Assembly: GCA_963728205.1 (NCBI GenBank)
Contig: CAVSIV010000001.1
Coordinates: 256,001-320,000 of the forward strand
Length of the DNA stretch: 64,000 nt
Direction: 5' to 3'
DNA from: an uncultured Chloroflexia bacterium
GTDB taxonomy: Bacteria > Chloroflexota > Dehalococcoidia > UBA2979
Shown: piece by piece, positions 1-9,876 of the stretch
How the letters are laid out: each line of letters opens with the position of its first letter
Position numbering within the stretch: position 1 is the first letter of the stretch
Program-made: the position numbers and the translations under genes
The notes under the pieces: generated by a model
Told to the model about the DNA's origin: nothing
What the model saw: only the letters and a program-made list of their open reading frames with translations
The model's database searches: none

Positions 1-167
1 CGCAACGGCTCACCGCAGAGGTGGCAGAGGTTGCGTCGCACGTGATCCGCGACGCGATCGACGTCGGGCGTCGTGAAGTCCGGCACGCCGTGCTCGACGA
101 CGAGCGTCGACGGCACGGGCATGCCCCGGTAGTGCGGGCGGCGCTGCAGTCGCTTCGGCTCGCGCAT
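1..167 (-). CDS. Hypothetical protein, N-terminal part only (runs off window start), with a CxxC motif
   Basis: Manual translation from ATG at 167: MREPKRLQRRPHYRGMPVPSTLVVEHGVPDFTTPDVDRVADHVRRNLCHLCGEPL; open to the window edge. Confidence 0.55.
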   Translation of the reverse strand, partial: MREPKRLQRRPHYRGMPVPSTLVVEHGVPDFTTPDVDRVADHVRRNLCHLCGEPL

Positions 168-222
168 GGAAGGAGGCTACGAATCACGTGGCTCGGGCGC
201 CATCGCCGCCGAACCCATGGCG

Positions 223-332
223 GGCGGCAGACACGCCGCCGATGTCTCCGCGGACGGACGTCCGTGGCGCGGGGACGGCGAGGCCTCCCGGCCCCGGAGA
301 CATCGGCGGCGTGTCTGCCGCCGCTTGCGAGG
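223..332. repeat. REP-like inverted repeat, copy 1
   Basis: 28-bp perfect arms GGCGGCAGACACGCCGCCGATGTCTCCG (223-250) and its reverse complement (295-322); right arm matches 3620-3652 in reverse with 1 mismatch. Confidence 0.85.
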
Positions 333-354
333 AACGCGATTGCCGCCGCCCGAC

Positions 355-1128
355 TTACAACCGCGCGATGAACTCCCGGAGCATCGGGTTGCACTGGTCC
401 GGCGACTCGACCTGGAGGAAGTGCCCGGCGCCGACCACGCGCGCGAACTGGATCTGCGGGATCAGCGTCTGCAGCTGGTCCCACCGCGCGTTCGCCTTCG
501 CGGCCGCGATGTACAGGGTCGGTTGCTTGATGCGCTTCGCCGCCGGCGGCACGCGGTAGGTGAGCAGGCCCTCGAACGCCGCGATCCCCGCGGCGCGCGG
601 CATCTCACCGGCCTCCGTGATCATGCGCGCGGCGAGGTCCGTGTCGCGCGTGTCCTGGAAGAAGCCCGCGTAGAGCTGCAGTGCGCCGGACGGCCAGTCG
701 GCGCGCAGCAGCTGCATCAGCCGGTGGCCGCGCAGCGCGGCCTTCGTCACGCCGCCGGTCGTGAGCGGCGAGTCGATCATCACCAGCGCCCGCGCGAGCT
801 CCGGGTGCTGCCGCGCGAGCTCCAGCGCCACGAGGCCGCCCATCGAGTGGCCGATCACGACCGCGTCGCGCACCCGCCGCGAGCGCGCCAGCGCCGCGAC
901 GTCCTCCGCGAACTGCGCGATCGTGTAGCCGCCGGCGGGCACGTCCGAGCCCCCGTGGCCGCGCAGGTCCATGCGCAGCACGCGGTGAGCGCCGGCGAGC
1001 GCCTCGACCTGCGGCTCCCAGTGCCGGAGGTTCGACGCCCACCCGTGCACCAGGATGACCGCGGGCGTGCCCTTGCCCGACTCCTCGTAGTTGAGCCGCA
1101 CCCCGTCGGGCGTCCGGTACCTGGCCAT
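355..1128 (-). CDS. Alpha/beta fold hydrolase
   Basis: HGW oxyanion motif, DLRGHG, nucleophile elbow GHSMGG, C-terminal GAGH; GAGGAG RBS upstream. Confidence 0.9.
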   Translation of the reverse strand: MARYRTPDGVRLNYEESGKGTPAVILVHGWASNLRHWEPQVEALAGAHRVLRMDLRGHGGSDVPAGGYTIAQFAEDVAALARSRRVRDAVVIGHSMGGLVALELARQHPELARALVMIDSPLTTGGVTKAALRGHRLMQLLRADWPSGALQLYAGFFQDTRDTDLAARMITEAGEMPRAAGIAAFEGLLTYRVPPAAKRIKQPTLYIAAAKANARWDQLQTLIPQIQFARVVGAGHFLQVESPDQCNPMLREFIARL

Positions 1129-1175
1129 CGCGCGCTCCTCGCTCCTCGCTCGTCGACCCCGGCCGCGCCCCGTGC

Positions 1176-2081
1176 CTAGCGGAACGGCGCGAGCACCTGC
1201 TCGCGCAGCCGGTCGTACGCCTCCTGCTTCGCGCCGACCTCACGGCCGAGGTTGAAGTCCGGCACGATCAGCTCGTCGACGCCGGCCTCCTGGTACTCGC
1301 CCATCACCTGCTGGAGCTCGTCGGCGCTGCCCGCGATCAGCGCGAAGCCGCCGCGCGAGCGCGCCCGCTCGATCGCGTCGCGGTCGTCGCTGAGCATCAT
1401 CAGCGCGTTCGCCGAGCGGCGGATCGACTGCGGGTCGCGGCCGAGCGCCTCGCAGTGCCGGTCGAGCACCTCGCCCTTCTGCTTCAGCACCGCCGGCGTG
1501 CCCCACACGTTCCACTCGTCGGCGTACTGCGCGGCGAGGCGCAGCGTGACCTTCTCGCCGCCACCGCCGATCAGGATGGGCGGGTGCGGGCGCTGCACCG
1601 GCTTCGGCGCCAGCGGCGCGTTCGTCAGCGTGTAGTACTTGCCGGCGAAGGTCGTCTGATCGTTCTCGAACAGGCTCTTGATGATCTGGACCGACTCCTC
1701 GAGGCGCCGCAGCCGCTCCCCGACGGTGTAGAACGGGATGCCGTACGCCTCGTGCTCGTTCTGCTGCCACGCCGCGCCGATGCCGAGCACGACGCGCCCG
1801 CCGCTGATGACGTCGACCTGGGCGACCTGCTTCGCGAGCACCGGCGGGTGGCGGTAGGTGTTGCCGGTGACGAGCGAGCCGATCCGTACGCGGGGCACGC
1901 GCGCCGCGATGGCGGCGAGCAGCGTCCACGCCTCCTGCACGGGGCCGCTCGTGTCGGCCTGGTTCGGCATGAAGTGGTCGGCGACCCACAGGCCGTCCCA
2001 CCCCGTGCGCTCGACGTGCTCGCAGAGCTGGATCAGCTGGTCCCACGGCGTGGCCGATCCCGGCCAGGCGCTGAAGCGCAT
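1176..2081 (-). CDS. LLM-class (probably F420-dependent) oxidoreductase
   Basis: Start MRFSAWP; motifs WVADHF, GSLVTGNTYRHP, GRVVLGIGAAW, PPILIGGGGEK. Confidence 0.9.
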   Translation of the reverse strand: MRFSAWPGSATPWDQLIQLCEHVERTGWDGLWVADHFMPNQADTSGPVQEAWTLLAAIAARVPRVRIGSLVTGNTYRHPPVLAKQVAQVDVISGGRVVLGIGAAWQQNEHEAYGIPFYTVGERLRRLEESVQIIKSLFENDQTTFAGKYYTLTNAPLAPKPVQRPHPPILIGGGGEKVTLRLAAQYADEWNVWGTPAVLKQKGEVLDRHCEALGRDPQSIRRSANALMMLSDDRDAIERARSRGGFALIAGSADELQQVMGEYQEAGVDELIVPDFNLGREVGAKQEAYDRLREQVLAPFR

Positions 2082-2201
2082 GTGTGTGTCCCTTCGGTGC
2101 GTGTCTGTGGGGGGAACGTACAGGATTTCGCGGCGGGCGAAACCAGCGGGCCGGCGGCTCGCTGCTCGCCGGGCGTCGGGGCGGGACCTATCCTCGCGCG
2201 C

Positions 2202-3164
2202 ATGTCCGACCGCGTTCGCGTCGTGATCCCCGGCGACTCGCCGACGCAGATCGGCGACTCCCCGCATCTCGCCCGGCTCGCGCCGTACGCGGATGTCACG
2301 CTGCACCGCGACCCGCCGCGCTCGCCCGAGGAGCAGCTCGCGCGCGTACGCGGCGCAGAAGTGCTGCTGAACTCGCGCAGCAGCGTGCGCTGGCCGCGGG
2401 CGCTGCTCGCGCAACTGACTGGCCTGCGCCTGATCTCGCTGTGCGCGATCGGCACCGACGCCATCGACCTGGCGGCCGCGCGGGACCTGGGCATCACGGT
2501 CTGCAACCAGGGCGGCGGCACCGCTCCGATCGTCGCCGAGCACGAGTTCGCCCTCATGCTCGCGGCCGCGAAGCGGCTGGCCTACCAGACCGCCGAGCTG
2601 AAGGCGGGACGCTGGGCGCCGGGCGAACAGATGACGCTTCGCGGGAAGACGCTCGGCGTCGTCGGCACCGGGAACACCGGCGCCGAGATGGCGCGGCTCG
2701 CCCTCGCCATCGGCATGGACGTGATCGCGTGGACGTTCCACCCGTCGGAGGAGCGGGCGCGGGCGCTCGGCGTGCGCTTCGTGCCGCTCGACACGCTACT
2801 CGCGGCGGCCGACGTCGTGAGCCTGCACGTCGCGCTCACGCCCGACACGCGCCACCTCATCGGCGCGGGCGAGCTGGCGCTGATGAAACCCGGCGCCCTG
2901 CTCGTGAACGGGGCGCGCGGCGCGGTCGTCGACACGGACGCGCTCGTCGACGCGCTGCGCGCGGGGCGTCTCGGCGGCGCGGGGCTCGACGTCTTCGAGA
3001 CGGAGCCACTCCCGGCCGGGCACCCGCTGCTCGCGCTCGACCAGGTGGTGCTCACGCCGCACAACGCGGACGCGACGCCCGAGGGCATGGACCTGCTCAA
3101 CCGCGTCGCCGTCGACAACGTGATCGCGTTCCTCGAGGGGCGCCCGCAGAACGTCGTCGCGTAA
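2202..3164 (+). CDS. D-isomer-specific 2-hydroxyacid dehydrogenase
   Basis: Start MSDRVRV; GVVGTGNTG Rossmann motif, NGARG, LDVFETEP, TPHNA. Confidence 0.9.
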   Translation: MSDRVRVVIPGDSPTQIGDSPHLARLAPYADVTLHRDPPRSPEEQLARVRGAEVLLNSRSSVRWPRALLAQLTGLRLISLCAIGTDAIDLAAARDLGITVCNQGGGTAPIVAEHEFALMLAAAKRLAYQTAELKAGRWAPGEQMTLRGKTLGVVGTGNTGAEMARLALAIGMDVIAWTFHPSEERARALGVRFVPLDTLLAAADVVSLHVALTPDTRHLIGAGELALMKPGALLVNGARGAVVDTDALVDALRAGRLGGAGLDVFETEPLPAGHPLLALDQVVLTPHNADATPEGMDLLNRVAVDNVIAFLEGRPQNVVA

Positions 3165-3188
3165 GGTCGCGCCCCCCGCGCGGGCCGT

Positions 3189-3617
3189 ATGATCGCCGCG
3201 ACCGGCGGCGACGAATCGAGGACCCCGGTGACGAACGCCCCGACCTCCGGCCTCTCCGGCCTCATGCAGATCGCGATGCGGGTACGCGACGTCGATCGCG
3301 CGGTCGCGTTCTACCGCGACACGCTCGGCATCCCCTTTCTCGTTCGCGCGGGCAACCTGGCGTTCTTCGATCTCGACGGCGTGCGCCTGATGCTCGATCT
3401 GCCGGAGGGCGAGGAGTTCGACCATCCCGGCTCGATCCTCTACTTCCGCGTCGACGACGTGCCGGCGAAGTACGAGGAGCTGCGCGGGCGCGGCGTGGAG
3501 TTCATCGACGAGCCGCACGTGATCAACCGCACGCCGACGAGCGAGCTGTGGATGGCGTTCTTCCGCGACGGGGAGGAGAACGTGCTCGCGCTCGCCGCGG
3601 ACGTGCCGGTGGAATAG
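3189..3617 (+). CDS. VOC (glyoxalase/bleomycin resistance) family protein; start uncertain
   Basis: QIAMRVRDVDRAVAFYRDTLG ... LYFRVDDV ... MAFFRDGEEN. Confidence 0.85.
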   Translation: MIAATGGDESRTPVTNAPTSGLSGLMQIAMRVRDVDRAVAFYRDTLGIPFLVRAGNLAFFDLDGVRLMLDLPEGEEFDHPGSILYFRVDDVPAKYEELRGRGVEFIDEPHVINRTPTSELWMAFFRDGEENVLALAADVPVE

Positions 3618-3619
3618 CC

Positions 3620-3707
3620 CCTCGCAAGCGGCGGCAGACATGCCGCCGATGTGATCGGCGGCGCCAGCCGCGGACTGCGTCCGCGCCCTGTCGGCGGCTG
3701 GCGCCGC
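3620..3707. repeat. REP-like element, copy 2
   Basis: CCTCGCAAGCGGCGGCAGACATGCCGCCGATGT followed by the module CGGCGCCAGCCGCGGACTGCGTCCGCG also found inside copy 5. Confidence 0.8.
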
Positions 3708-3728
3708 TGTGGGTGTACCGCGGACCGC

Positions 3729-4664
3729 CTACAGCATCCCGCACTGCTCGAGCGCGGTGCGCACGAAGACCGTGTGCAGCTCCGCGCGGCGCGCGACCGC
3801 CTGGTCGATCTGGCCCATCTCCACCAGCACCGGCACCACGCCCGGCACCCATTTCGGGAGCGACAGCGACGACGTCCCGACGCGCGCCCAGCTCGCCTGC
3901 GACCCGACCCCGCTGCGCAGGGTCAGCTGCTCACGCTCCGTGATCTGCGCGTTCACCGCGTCGACCACACGCGCGATCGCCGGCAGGGCTTCGACCCCGC
4001 CGCCCTCGCTCACCGTCTGCCCGATGAAGGCGGTGCCGGTCTGGCCGTTCGCGCGCTCACGGTAGAAGCCCCACGACTCATGCATGTCGATGAGCAGATC
4101 GGCGTCGACCTCGCGCAGGAGCTCGACGATCGCATGCGCCATGTGCGACATCGGCAGGGCGTCCGGCGCGTCGGAGCCCGGGTAGAGGCGGTTGAGGTCG
4201 CCGAGGGCGTCGGTCGTGCGCACGAGCGCCCGGTCGGCGACGACGTTCGCCTGCGGCACGACGACGAGGCTCCCCGCGACGACCTGCCAATCGGCGATCG
4301 CCTCGGCGGCGATCCAGCCGCCGGGCTCGTTGCCGTGCACGCCCCCGAGTACGACGACGCGCGGCCCGGCGACGCCGCTGTGCGTGAGCACGGCGCGCGT
4401 GGCGGACGGCGTGCCGTCGAGCAGCGTGCGCTCGCTGCGACCGGCCGGCGGCACCGGCCGCGGCGTGGGCGTGGGCGACGGGGTGGGCGTGGATGACGGC
4501 GTGGGCGGCGCGACGGTGGGTTGCCCGACGACGGCGACCGGCGTGGTCGCCCGCGAGCACGCGGCGAGCACGGCCGCGCCGATCGCGCCGCCCGCGAGCG
4601 CGAGCGCGCGGCGCCGGGGCACGAGGCCGGGGTCCCGGGCGGGGCGTGCGGTACGCGTCATCAT
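3729..4664 (-). CDS. Succinylglutamate desuccinylase/aspartoacylase (M14-like) family lipoprotein with Tat-like signal
   Basis: RRRALAL...LAAC signal/lipobox, Pro/Thr linker, GGVHGNEPGG, DLNRLYPG, IDMHE. Confidence 0.8.
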   Translation of the reverse strand: MMTRTARPARDPGLVPRRRALALAGGAIGAAVLAACSRATTPVAVVGQPTVAPPTPSSTPTPSPTPTPRPVPPAGRSERTLLDGTPSATRAVLTHSGVAGPRVVVLGGVHGNEPGGWIAAEAIADWQVVAGSLVVVPQANVVADRALVRTTDALGDLNRLYPGSDAPDALPMSHMAHAIVELLREVDADLLIDMHESWGFYRERANGQTGTAFIGQTVSEGGGVEALPAIARVVDAVNAQITEREQLTLRSGVGSQASWARVGTSSLSLPKWVPGVVPVLVEMGQIDQAVARRAELHTVFVRTALEQCGML

Positions 4665-4748
4665 GCGGATTCTACGGCGTCGCGGCGGCGCTTCGGCGAC
4701 GCCCCGGGGGTGGTTCGAGCGGCGCCTGGTGAGGCGCCAGTTGCCGGC

Positions 4749-4784
4749 GAGCCGATGCAGCGAGCCGAGCCGATGCAGCGAGCC
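4749..4784. repeat. 18-bp tandem duplication (GAGCCGATGCAGCGAGCC x2)
   Basis: Two exact adjacent copies in intergenic DNA. Confidence 0.8.
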
Positions 4785-4809
4785 GTGGGGCGGCCGCCTG
4801 CGCGGCGGC

Positions 4810-6087
4810 TCAGCCCGCTGACGCGGGGCCGTTCGCCGCGGCCGTGGCGATCATCCCGGCGGCGACGGTGTTGTTCGTCGCCTCGTCGATCAGGATGAAG
4901 CTGCCCGTGTGGCGGTTACGCCGGTAGGCGTCGAAGAACAGCGGCACCGTCGTGCGCAGCCGCACCCGGCCGATCTCGTTGAGGGCGAGCCCGTCGGCGC
5001 CCGGCACCTCGTCGAGCGTGTTCACGTCGAGGCGCGACTCGATCGCGGTAACCACCGCGCGCGCGCTTCGCGTCGTGTGCTTGATCGCCAGGCGCGCGCC
5101 CGCCGCCAGCCGGCTGCGCTCCGCCATCCAGCACACGACCGCGTCGACGTCCTGCCCCACGCACGGCTCGCGGCCGGCGCCGACGATCATGTCGCCGCGC
5201 GAGACGTCCACGTCGTCCTCGAGCTGCAGCGTGACCGACATCGGCGGCATCGCGGCCGCGACCGGGCCGTCGTACGTGTCGATCGAGCGGATGCGGGTCG
5301 CGACGCCGGACGGCAACACGCGCACCGGGTCGCCCGGGCGCAGCACGCCGCCGGCGACCGTGCCCGCGTAGCCCCGGTAGTCGTGGTGCGCGTCGCTCAT
5401 CGGACGGATCACGTACTGCACCGGGAAGCGCGCGTCGTCGAGGTCCTCGTCGCGCGCGATCTCGACCGTCTCCAGGTGATCGAGCAGCGTCGGCCCCGAG
5501 TACCACGGCATCGCCGCCGACGGCTCGACGACGTTGTCGCCCCGCAGCGCCGACACCGGGACGTATGTCGCCTCGCGCACGTCGAGCCGTCGGGCGAAGG
5601 CCGCGAAGTCGTCGCGGATGTGCTCGAACGTTGCCCGGTCGTAGTCGACGAGGTCCATCTTGTTCACGCATACCACGAGGTGTGGGATGCCGAGCAGCGA
5701 CGCGATGATCGCGTGACGCCGCGACTGCTCCACGACGCCCTGACGCGCGTCCACGAGGATCAGCGCGAGGTGCGCGGTCGACGCGCCGGTGACCATGTTG
5801 CGCGTGTACTGCACGTGGCCCGGCGTATCCGCGATGATGAATTTCCGCCGCGGCGTCGCGAAGTAGCGGTAGGCGACATCGATGGTGATCCCCTGCTCGC
5901 GCTCGGCGCGCAGGCCGTCGGTGAGCAGCGCCAGGTTCACGTACTCGTCGCCGCGGCTGCGGCTGCTCGCCTCGATCGCCTCCCACGTGTCCTGCAGGAT
6001 CGCCTTCGAGTCGTAGAGCAGCCGGCCGATGAGGGTGCTCTTGCCGTCGTCCACCGAGCCGACGGTCGCGAAGCGGAGCAACTCCAC
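4810..6087 (-). CDS. cysN: Sulfate adenylyltransferase subunit 1 (no APS kinase domain)
   Basis: GTG start overlapping the cysD stop; LLRFATVGSVDDGKST, EREQGITIDVAYRYF, DTPGH, NKMD. Confidence 0.95.
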   Translation of the reverse strand: MELLRFATVGSVDDGKSTLIGRLLYDSKAILQDTWEAIEASSRSRGDEYVNLALLTDGLRAEREQGITIDVAYRYFATPRRKFIIADTPGHVQYTRNMVTGASTAHLALILVDARQGVVEQSRRHAIIASLLGIPHLVVCVNKMDLVDYDRATFEHIRDDFAAFARRLDVREATYVPVSALRGDNVVEPSAAMPWYSGPTLLDHLETVEIARDEDLDDARFPVQYVIRPMSDAHHDYRGYAGTVAGGVLRPGDPVRVLPSGVATRIRSIDTYDGPVAAAMPPMSVTLQLEDDVDVSRGDMIVGAGREPCVGQDVDAVVCWMAERSRLAAGARLAIKHTTRSARAVVTAIESRLDVNTLDEVPGADGLALNEIGRVRLRTTVPLFFDAYRRNRHTGSFILIDEATNNTVAAGMIATAAANGPASAG

Positions 6088-7031
6088 TAGAAGTACCCCT
6101 CGCGCTTGCGGTCTTCCATCGCCGCCTCCGAGAAGCGGTCGTCGGCGCGCGTCTGTCCGCGCTCGGAGACGCGCGTGATCGCGATCTCCGCGATCACCTG
6201 CTCGAGCGTGCGCGCGTCGGACTCGACCGCCGCGGTGCACGTCATGTCGCCGATGGTGCGGAAGCGCACGCTCGCCTCGAACGGCTCTTCGCCGGGGAGA
6301 CGCTGGAGGTGCTCGCCGTCCGCCATCAGCATGCCGTCGCGGCGGAACACACGACGCGGGTGCGCGAAGTAGAGCGACGGGATCTCGATGCCGTCGTCGG
6401 CGATGTACTGCCAGATGTCGAGCTCGGTCCAGTTCGACAGCGGGAAGACGCGGATGTGCTCGCCCTGGCGGTGGCGGCCGTTGTAGAGGCTCCACAGCTC
6501 CGGGCGCTGGCTTTTCGGATCCCACTGCCCGAACTCGTCGCGGAACGAGTAGACGCGCTCCTTCGCGCGGGCCTTCTCCTCGTCGCGCCGGGCGCCGCCG
6601 AACACGGCGTCGAAGCCGTGCGCGGCGATCGTGTCGAGGAGCACCTGCGTCTGCAGGCGGTTGCGCGACGCGCGCGCGCCGGTCTCCTCGACGGCGCGGC
6701 CGTCGTCGATGGCCTGTTGCACGGAGCCGACGACGAGCCGCACGCCCACCTCCGCGACCCGCCGGTCGCGGTACGCGAGCGCCTCCGGGAAGTTGTGGCC
6801 GGTATCGATATGCACGACCGGAAACGGGATCTTCGCCGGCCAGAACGCCTTCTCGGCGAGGCGCAGCATGACGATGGAGTCTTTGCCGCCGGAGAAGAGC
6901 AGGCCGGGCCGCTCGAACTCCGCCGCGACCTCGCGAATGATGTGGATCGACTCGGCTTCGAGCGCGCGGAGGTGTGAGAGGGGCGCGGGCACGCCGTCGG
7001 GCCGGCCGTCGCGCGTGCGGATGGCGGTCAT
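6087..7031 (-). CDS. cysD: Sulfate adenylyltransferase subunit 2
   Basis: LEAESIHIIRE, FSGGKDS, GGARRDEEKARAKER, C-terminal MEDRKREGYF. Confidence 0.95.
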   Translation of the reverse strand: MTAIRTRDGRPDGVPAPLSHLRALEAESIHIIREVAAEFERPGLLFSGGKDSIVMLRLAEKAFWPAKIPFPVVHIDTGHNFPEALAYRDRRVAEVGVRLVVGSVQQAIDDGRAVEETGARASRNRLQTQVLLDTIAAHGFDAVFGGARRDEEKARAKERVYSFRDEFGQWDPKSQRPELWSLYNGRHRQGEHIRVFPLSNWTELDIWQYIADDGIEIPSLYFAHPRRVFRRDGMLMADGEHLQRLPGEEPFEASVRFRTIGDMTCTAAVESDARTLEQVIAEIAITRVSERGQTRADDRFSEAAMEDRKREGYF

Positions 7032-7053
7032 CGTGGATCCTTCGTGCTGCGGG

Positions 7054-7785
7054 TCAGCCAACGTGGAGGCCGCACTCGGTCTTGTCGGTCCCGGACCACC
7101 GGCCTGCGCGCTGGTCTTCGCCGGGGCGCACGGCGCGGGTGCAGTGCGTGCAGCCCAGCGTGGGGAAGCCCTGGTCGTGCAGCGGGTTGTAGGGGAGGCC
7201 GTGGGCGAAGATGTAGGCCCACGCGTCCTTCTCGCTCCAATTCACGAGCGGGTTCGCCTTCGCGAGCCCGAACTTCGCGTCCCATTGCAGCGCGGGCGTC
7301 CCGGCGCGCGCTGCCGACTGATCGCGCCGCACGCCGGTGATCCACGCCGACCGGCCCGCCAGCGCGGTCTCGATCGGCCGCACCTTGCGGATGTCGCAGC
7401 ACGCGTTCGCGTCGCGCTCCCAGAGCGCCTCGCCGTGCACCGCCACCTGCTGCTCCGGCGTCAGCGCTGGCGTGTAGCGGCGAAAGTCGAGTTCCGGCCA
7501 GTGCGCGCGCGACCGCTCGATCAGCGCGTAGGTCTCGGGGAACAGGAAGTCGGTGTCGAGGTAGAACACCGGCGCGCCCGGCCGGCGCTTCGCGACCATG
7601 TCCATCAGCACGATGTCCGACGTGTTGCCGAACGCGCTGGCGAGCACGACGCCGCCGGCGTAGCGCGCGAAGAGCCAGTCGAGGATCGCGTCGGGAGCCG
7701 CGGCGTCGAGGGCGCGCGCGGCGGCGTCGAGGGCTGCGGCTTCCGCGGGCGGCGGCTCGATGCGGACGGTCGGGGCCTCGGCCAT
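7054..7785 (-). CDS. cysH: APS/PAPS reductase, 4Fe-4S APS-reductase type
   Basis: CCDIRK, WITGVRR, GCTHCT, C-terminal ECGLH. Confidence 0.93.
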   Translation of the reverse strand: MAEAPTVRIEPPPAEAAALDAAARALDAAAPDAILDWLFARYAGGVVLASAFGNTSDIVLMDMVAKRRPGAPVFYLDTDFLFPETYALIERSRAHWPELDFRRYTPALTPEQQVAVHGEALWERDANACCDIRKVRPIETALAGRSAWITGVRRDQSAARAGTPALQWDAKFGLAKANPLVNWSEKDAWAYIFAHGLPYNPLHDQGFPTLGCTHCTRAVRPGEDQRAGRWSGTDKTECGLHVG

Positions 7786-7911
7786 GGGGGGTTCCTTCCT
7801 GCGCGCGGCGTGCGGGCGGCGCCGCGGGGTGGAGTTGTGACGAACGTCACACACTGTTCGCGCGCGGACGGCCGGTGCGCTCCCGCACGGCCGTCCGCGC
7901 GGAATGCGTCG

Positions 7912-9693
7912 CTAGACGGCGCACTCGCCTTCCCCGCGCTCCAGCACGTAGAGGCCGTCGCGCTCCCAGTCGATGAACTCCTGGAAGTCGTCGGTCTTGA
8001 AGACCGGAGTCACGGTCAGGTCCTTCACGGCGGCCTCGAACGGCGGGATGCCGACGCGGTCGACGTAGGCGTTGAACTCCTCGCCATCCTGCCGCTCGGC
8101 CAGGTAGAGCTTCACGAAGCGCTCGACCGCGACCGGCACGCGCTTGGCGGGAATGCGCAGGCGCGCCAGCCGGCCCATGCGCAGCGCCTCGCCCTCGCGG
8201 CGCTGGCCGCCCAGGAAGACGTTGTAGGCGGGGATCTGCCGCGCCTCGTTCTTCATCGACGCGCCGTGGAATCCGATGTTGCCGATGTGGTGCTGCCCGC
8301 ACGAGTTCGGGCAGCCGCTGATGTTGATCAGGATGCGGCGGGCCAGCGGGTCGGTGACGTCGAGCGACTCGACGTGCTGCTGGATCGCGCGGTTCAACCC
8401 CATCGACGAGGTGATGCCGAGCTTGCAGCTGTCGGTGCCGGGGCAGCTCACGACGTCGGTGATCTCGGTGGCGTCCTGGTCGCCGAGGCCGAGGTCGCGC
8501 AGCTCGCGGAAAACCGAGTAGACGCGGCCGTCGGGGATCCAGCGCAGCACGAAGTTCTGGTCCTGCGTGGTGCGCGCGCGCCCGATGCCGTAGGTGCGCA
8601 GGATGCGCGCGAGCCCGCGGAACTGCTCGGGCGTGAGATCGCCCTGGCGCACCTTCGCGGTGACGGCCGAGTAGCCGGCCTGCTTCTGCCGCCGCACGTT
8701 CACCGCGACGAAGCGCGCGAACGCCTCGGCGTCGGCGGGCGGCACCGCGTCGGCCGACGCCGGGAAGTCCGGCGCCTCCGAGGCCTCGTCGTCGACGAAC
8801 AGCAGCGCGTCGAGATCGGGGCGGCGCTGCGCCCACTCGCCGCGCAGCTCCTCCGCGACCATCGCCTGGAACGCCTCCTCGCCCACGCGGTGGACGAGGA
8901 ACTTCAGCCGCGCCTTGAGGATGTTCACCCGCAGCTCGTCGGCGCGCTCGAAGATGCGCAGCACGGCCTCGCTGTACGTGAGGAAGTCGTCGACGGGGAC
9001 GAACTCGCTGATCAGCACGGCGTCCTTCGGCATCGTCGAGAGGCCGCCGCCGACCACCATCTTGAAGCCGCGCACCTCGCGGCCGTCGATCTCGCGGACG
9101 CGCGGGATGAAGCCGATGTCGTGGATCGCGGTCATCGCGGCGTCGGCGTCGCTGCCCGAGAACGTGACCTTGAACTTGCGGGGGAGCGCCTGGCTCAGCG
9201 GGTTGCGCACGAAGTAGCGCACGAGCGCACCGGCGTACGGGGTGATGTCGAACGCCTCGTCCTCGCGGATGCCGGCCCACGGGTCGCCGGTCACGTTGCG
9301 GACGACGTTGCCGCAGGCCTCACGCGTCGAGAGGCCGGCGTCGCCGAGGCGTCGCAGCGCGTCGTACGCGCGCGCCAGCGGGATGTGGTGGTACTGGATG
9401 TTCTGGCGCGTCGTGATGTGCCCGCGCCCCAGGGGCGCGAACTCCTCGGCCACGTCCGCGAGCGCCTCGAGCTGGTCGGAGCTGACCCCGCCGAACGGCA
9501 GCTTGCACCGGATCATCTGCCGCGCCTGCTGGCGCTGCCCGTACACGCCCTGCTTCAGGCGAAACTTGATGAAGTTCTGCTCCACGCGCTGCTGCGCCAG
9601 GAACGCCTGCGCCTCGGTCCCGAAGTCGCTGAGCTCGTCGTCGAGAATCGGGATGACGCGGCCCGGGGTATCGGTGCGGGATGCGATGGTCAT
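7912..9693 (-). CDS. sir: Ferredoxin-dependent sulfite/nitrite reductase (siroheme, 4Fe-4S)
   Basis: ITTRQNIQ, LPRKFK, CPGTDSC and SGCPNSCG cluster motifs; first gene of the cys operon. Confidence 0.88.
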   Translation of the reverse strand: MTIASRTDTPGRVIPILDDELSDFGTEAQAFLAQQRVEQNFIKFRLKQGVYGQRQQARQMIRCKLPFGGVSSDQLEALADVAEEFAPLGRGHITTRQNIQYHHIPLARAYDALRRLGDAGLSTREACGNVVRNVTGDPWAGIREDEAFDITPYAGALVRYFVRNPLSQALPRKFKVTFSGSDADAAMTAIHDIGFIPRVREIDGREVRGFKMVVGGGLSTMPKDAVLISEFVPVDDFLTYSEAVLRIFERADELRVNILKARLKFLVHRVGEEAFQAMVAEELRGEWAQRRPDLDALLFVDDEASEAPDFPASADAVPPADAEAFARFVAVNVRRQKQAGYSAVTAKVRQGDLTPEQFRGLARILRTYGIGRARTTQDQNFVLRWIPDGRVYSVFRELRDLGLGDQDATEITDVVSCPGTDSCKLGITSSMGLNRAIQQHVESLDVTDPLARRILINISGCPNSCGQHHIGNIGFHGASMKNEARQIPAYNVFLGGQRREGEALRMGRLARLRIPAKRVPVAVERFVKLYLAERQDGEEFNAYVDRVGIPPFEAAVKDLTVTPVFKTDDFQEFIDWERDGLYVLERGEGECAV

Positions 9694-9753
9694 GCGGCGG
9701 ACCCCTCGAGGTGCGGTTCGGGCAAAAGACGATATTGTTGCTCGAACAAGTAA

Positions 9754-9781
9754 AGAATAGCCAGCAGGATAGCACGGGCAA
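9754..9781 (-). promoter_or_regulatory. Possible sigma70-type promoter of the cys operon
   Basis: AT-rich patch; minus-strand TTGCCC-N16-TATTCT. Confidence 0.35.
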
Positions 9782-9876
9782 GGGCGCGGTCAACCGGGAT
9801 CGCTCCGGGGGCCGTTCGGCGACGCCCGATCGGTGCCCGGGTTGCCACTCGTCCCGCACCCGCCCAGAGTGAGCGC

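Noticed and set aside
4749-4784. 18-bp tandem duplication as a functional array
   Set aside because: Only two units with no spacer; consistent with replication slippage.
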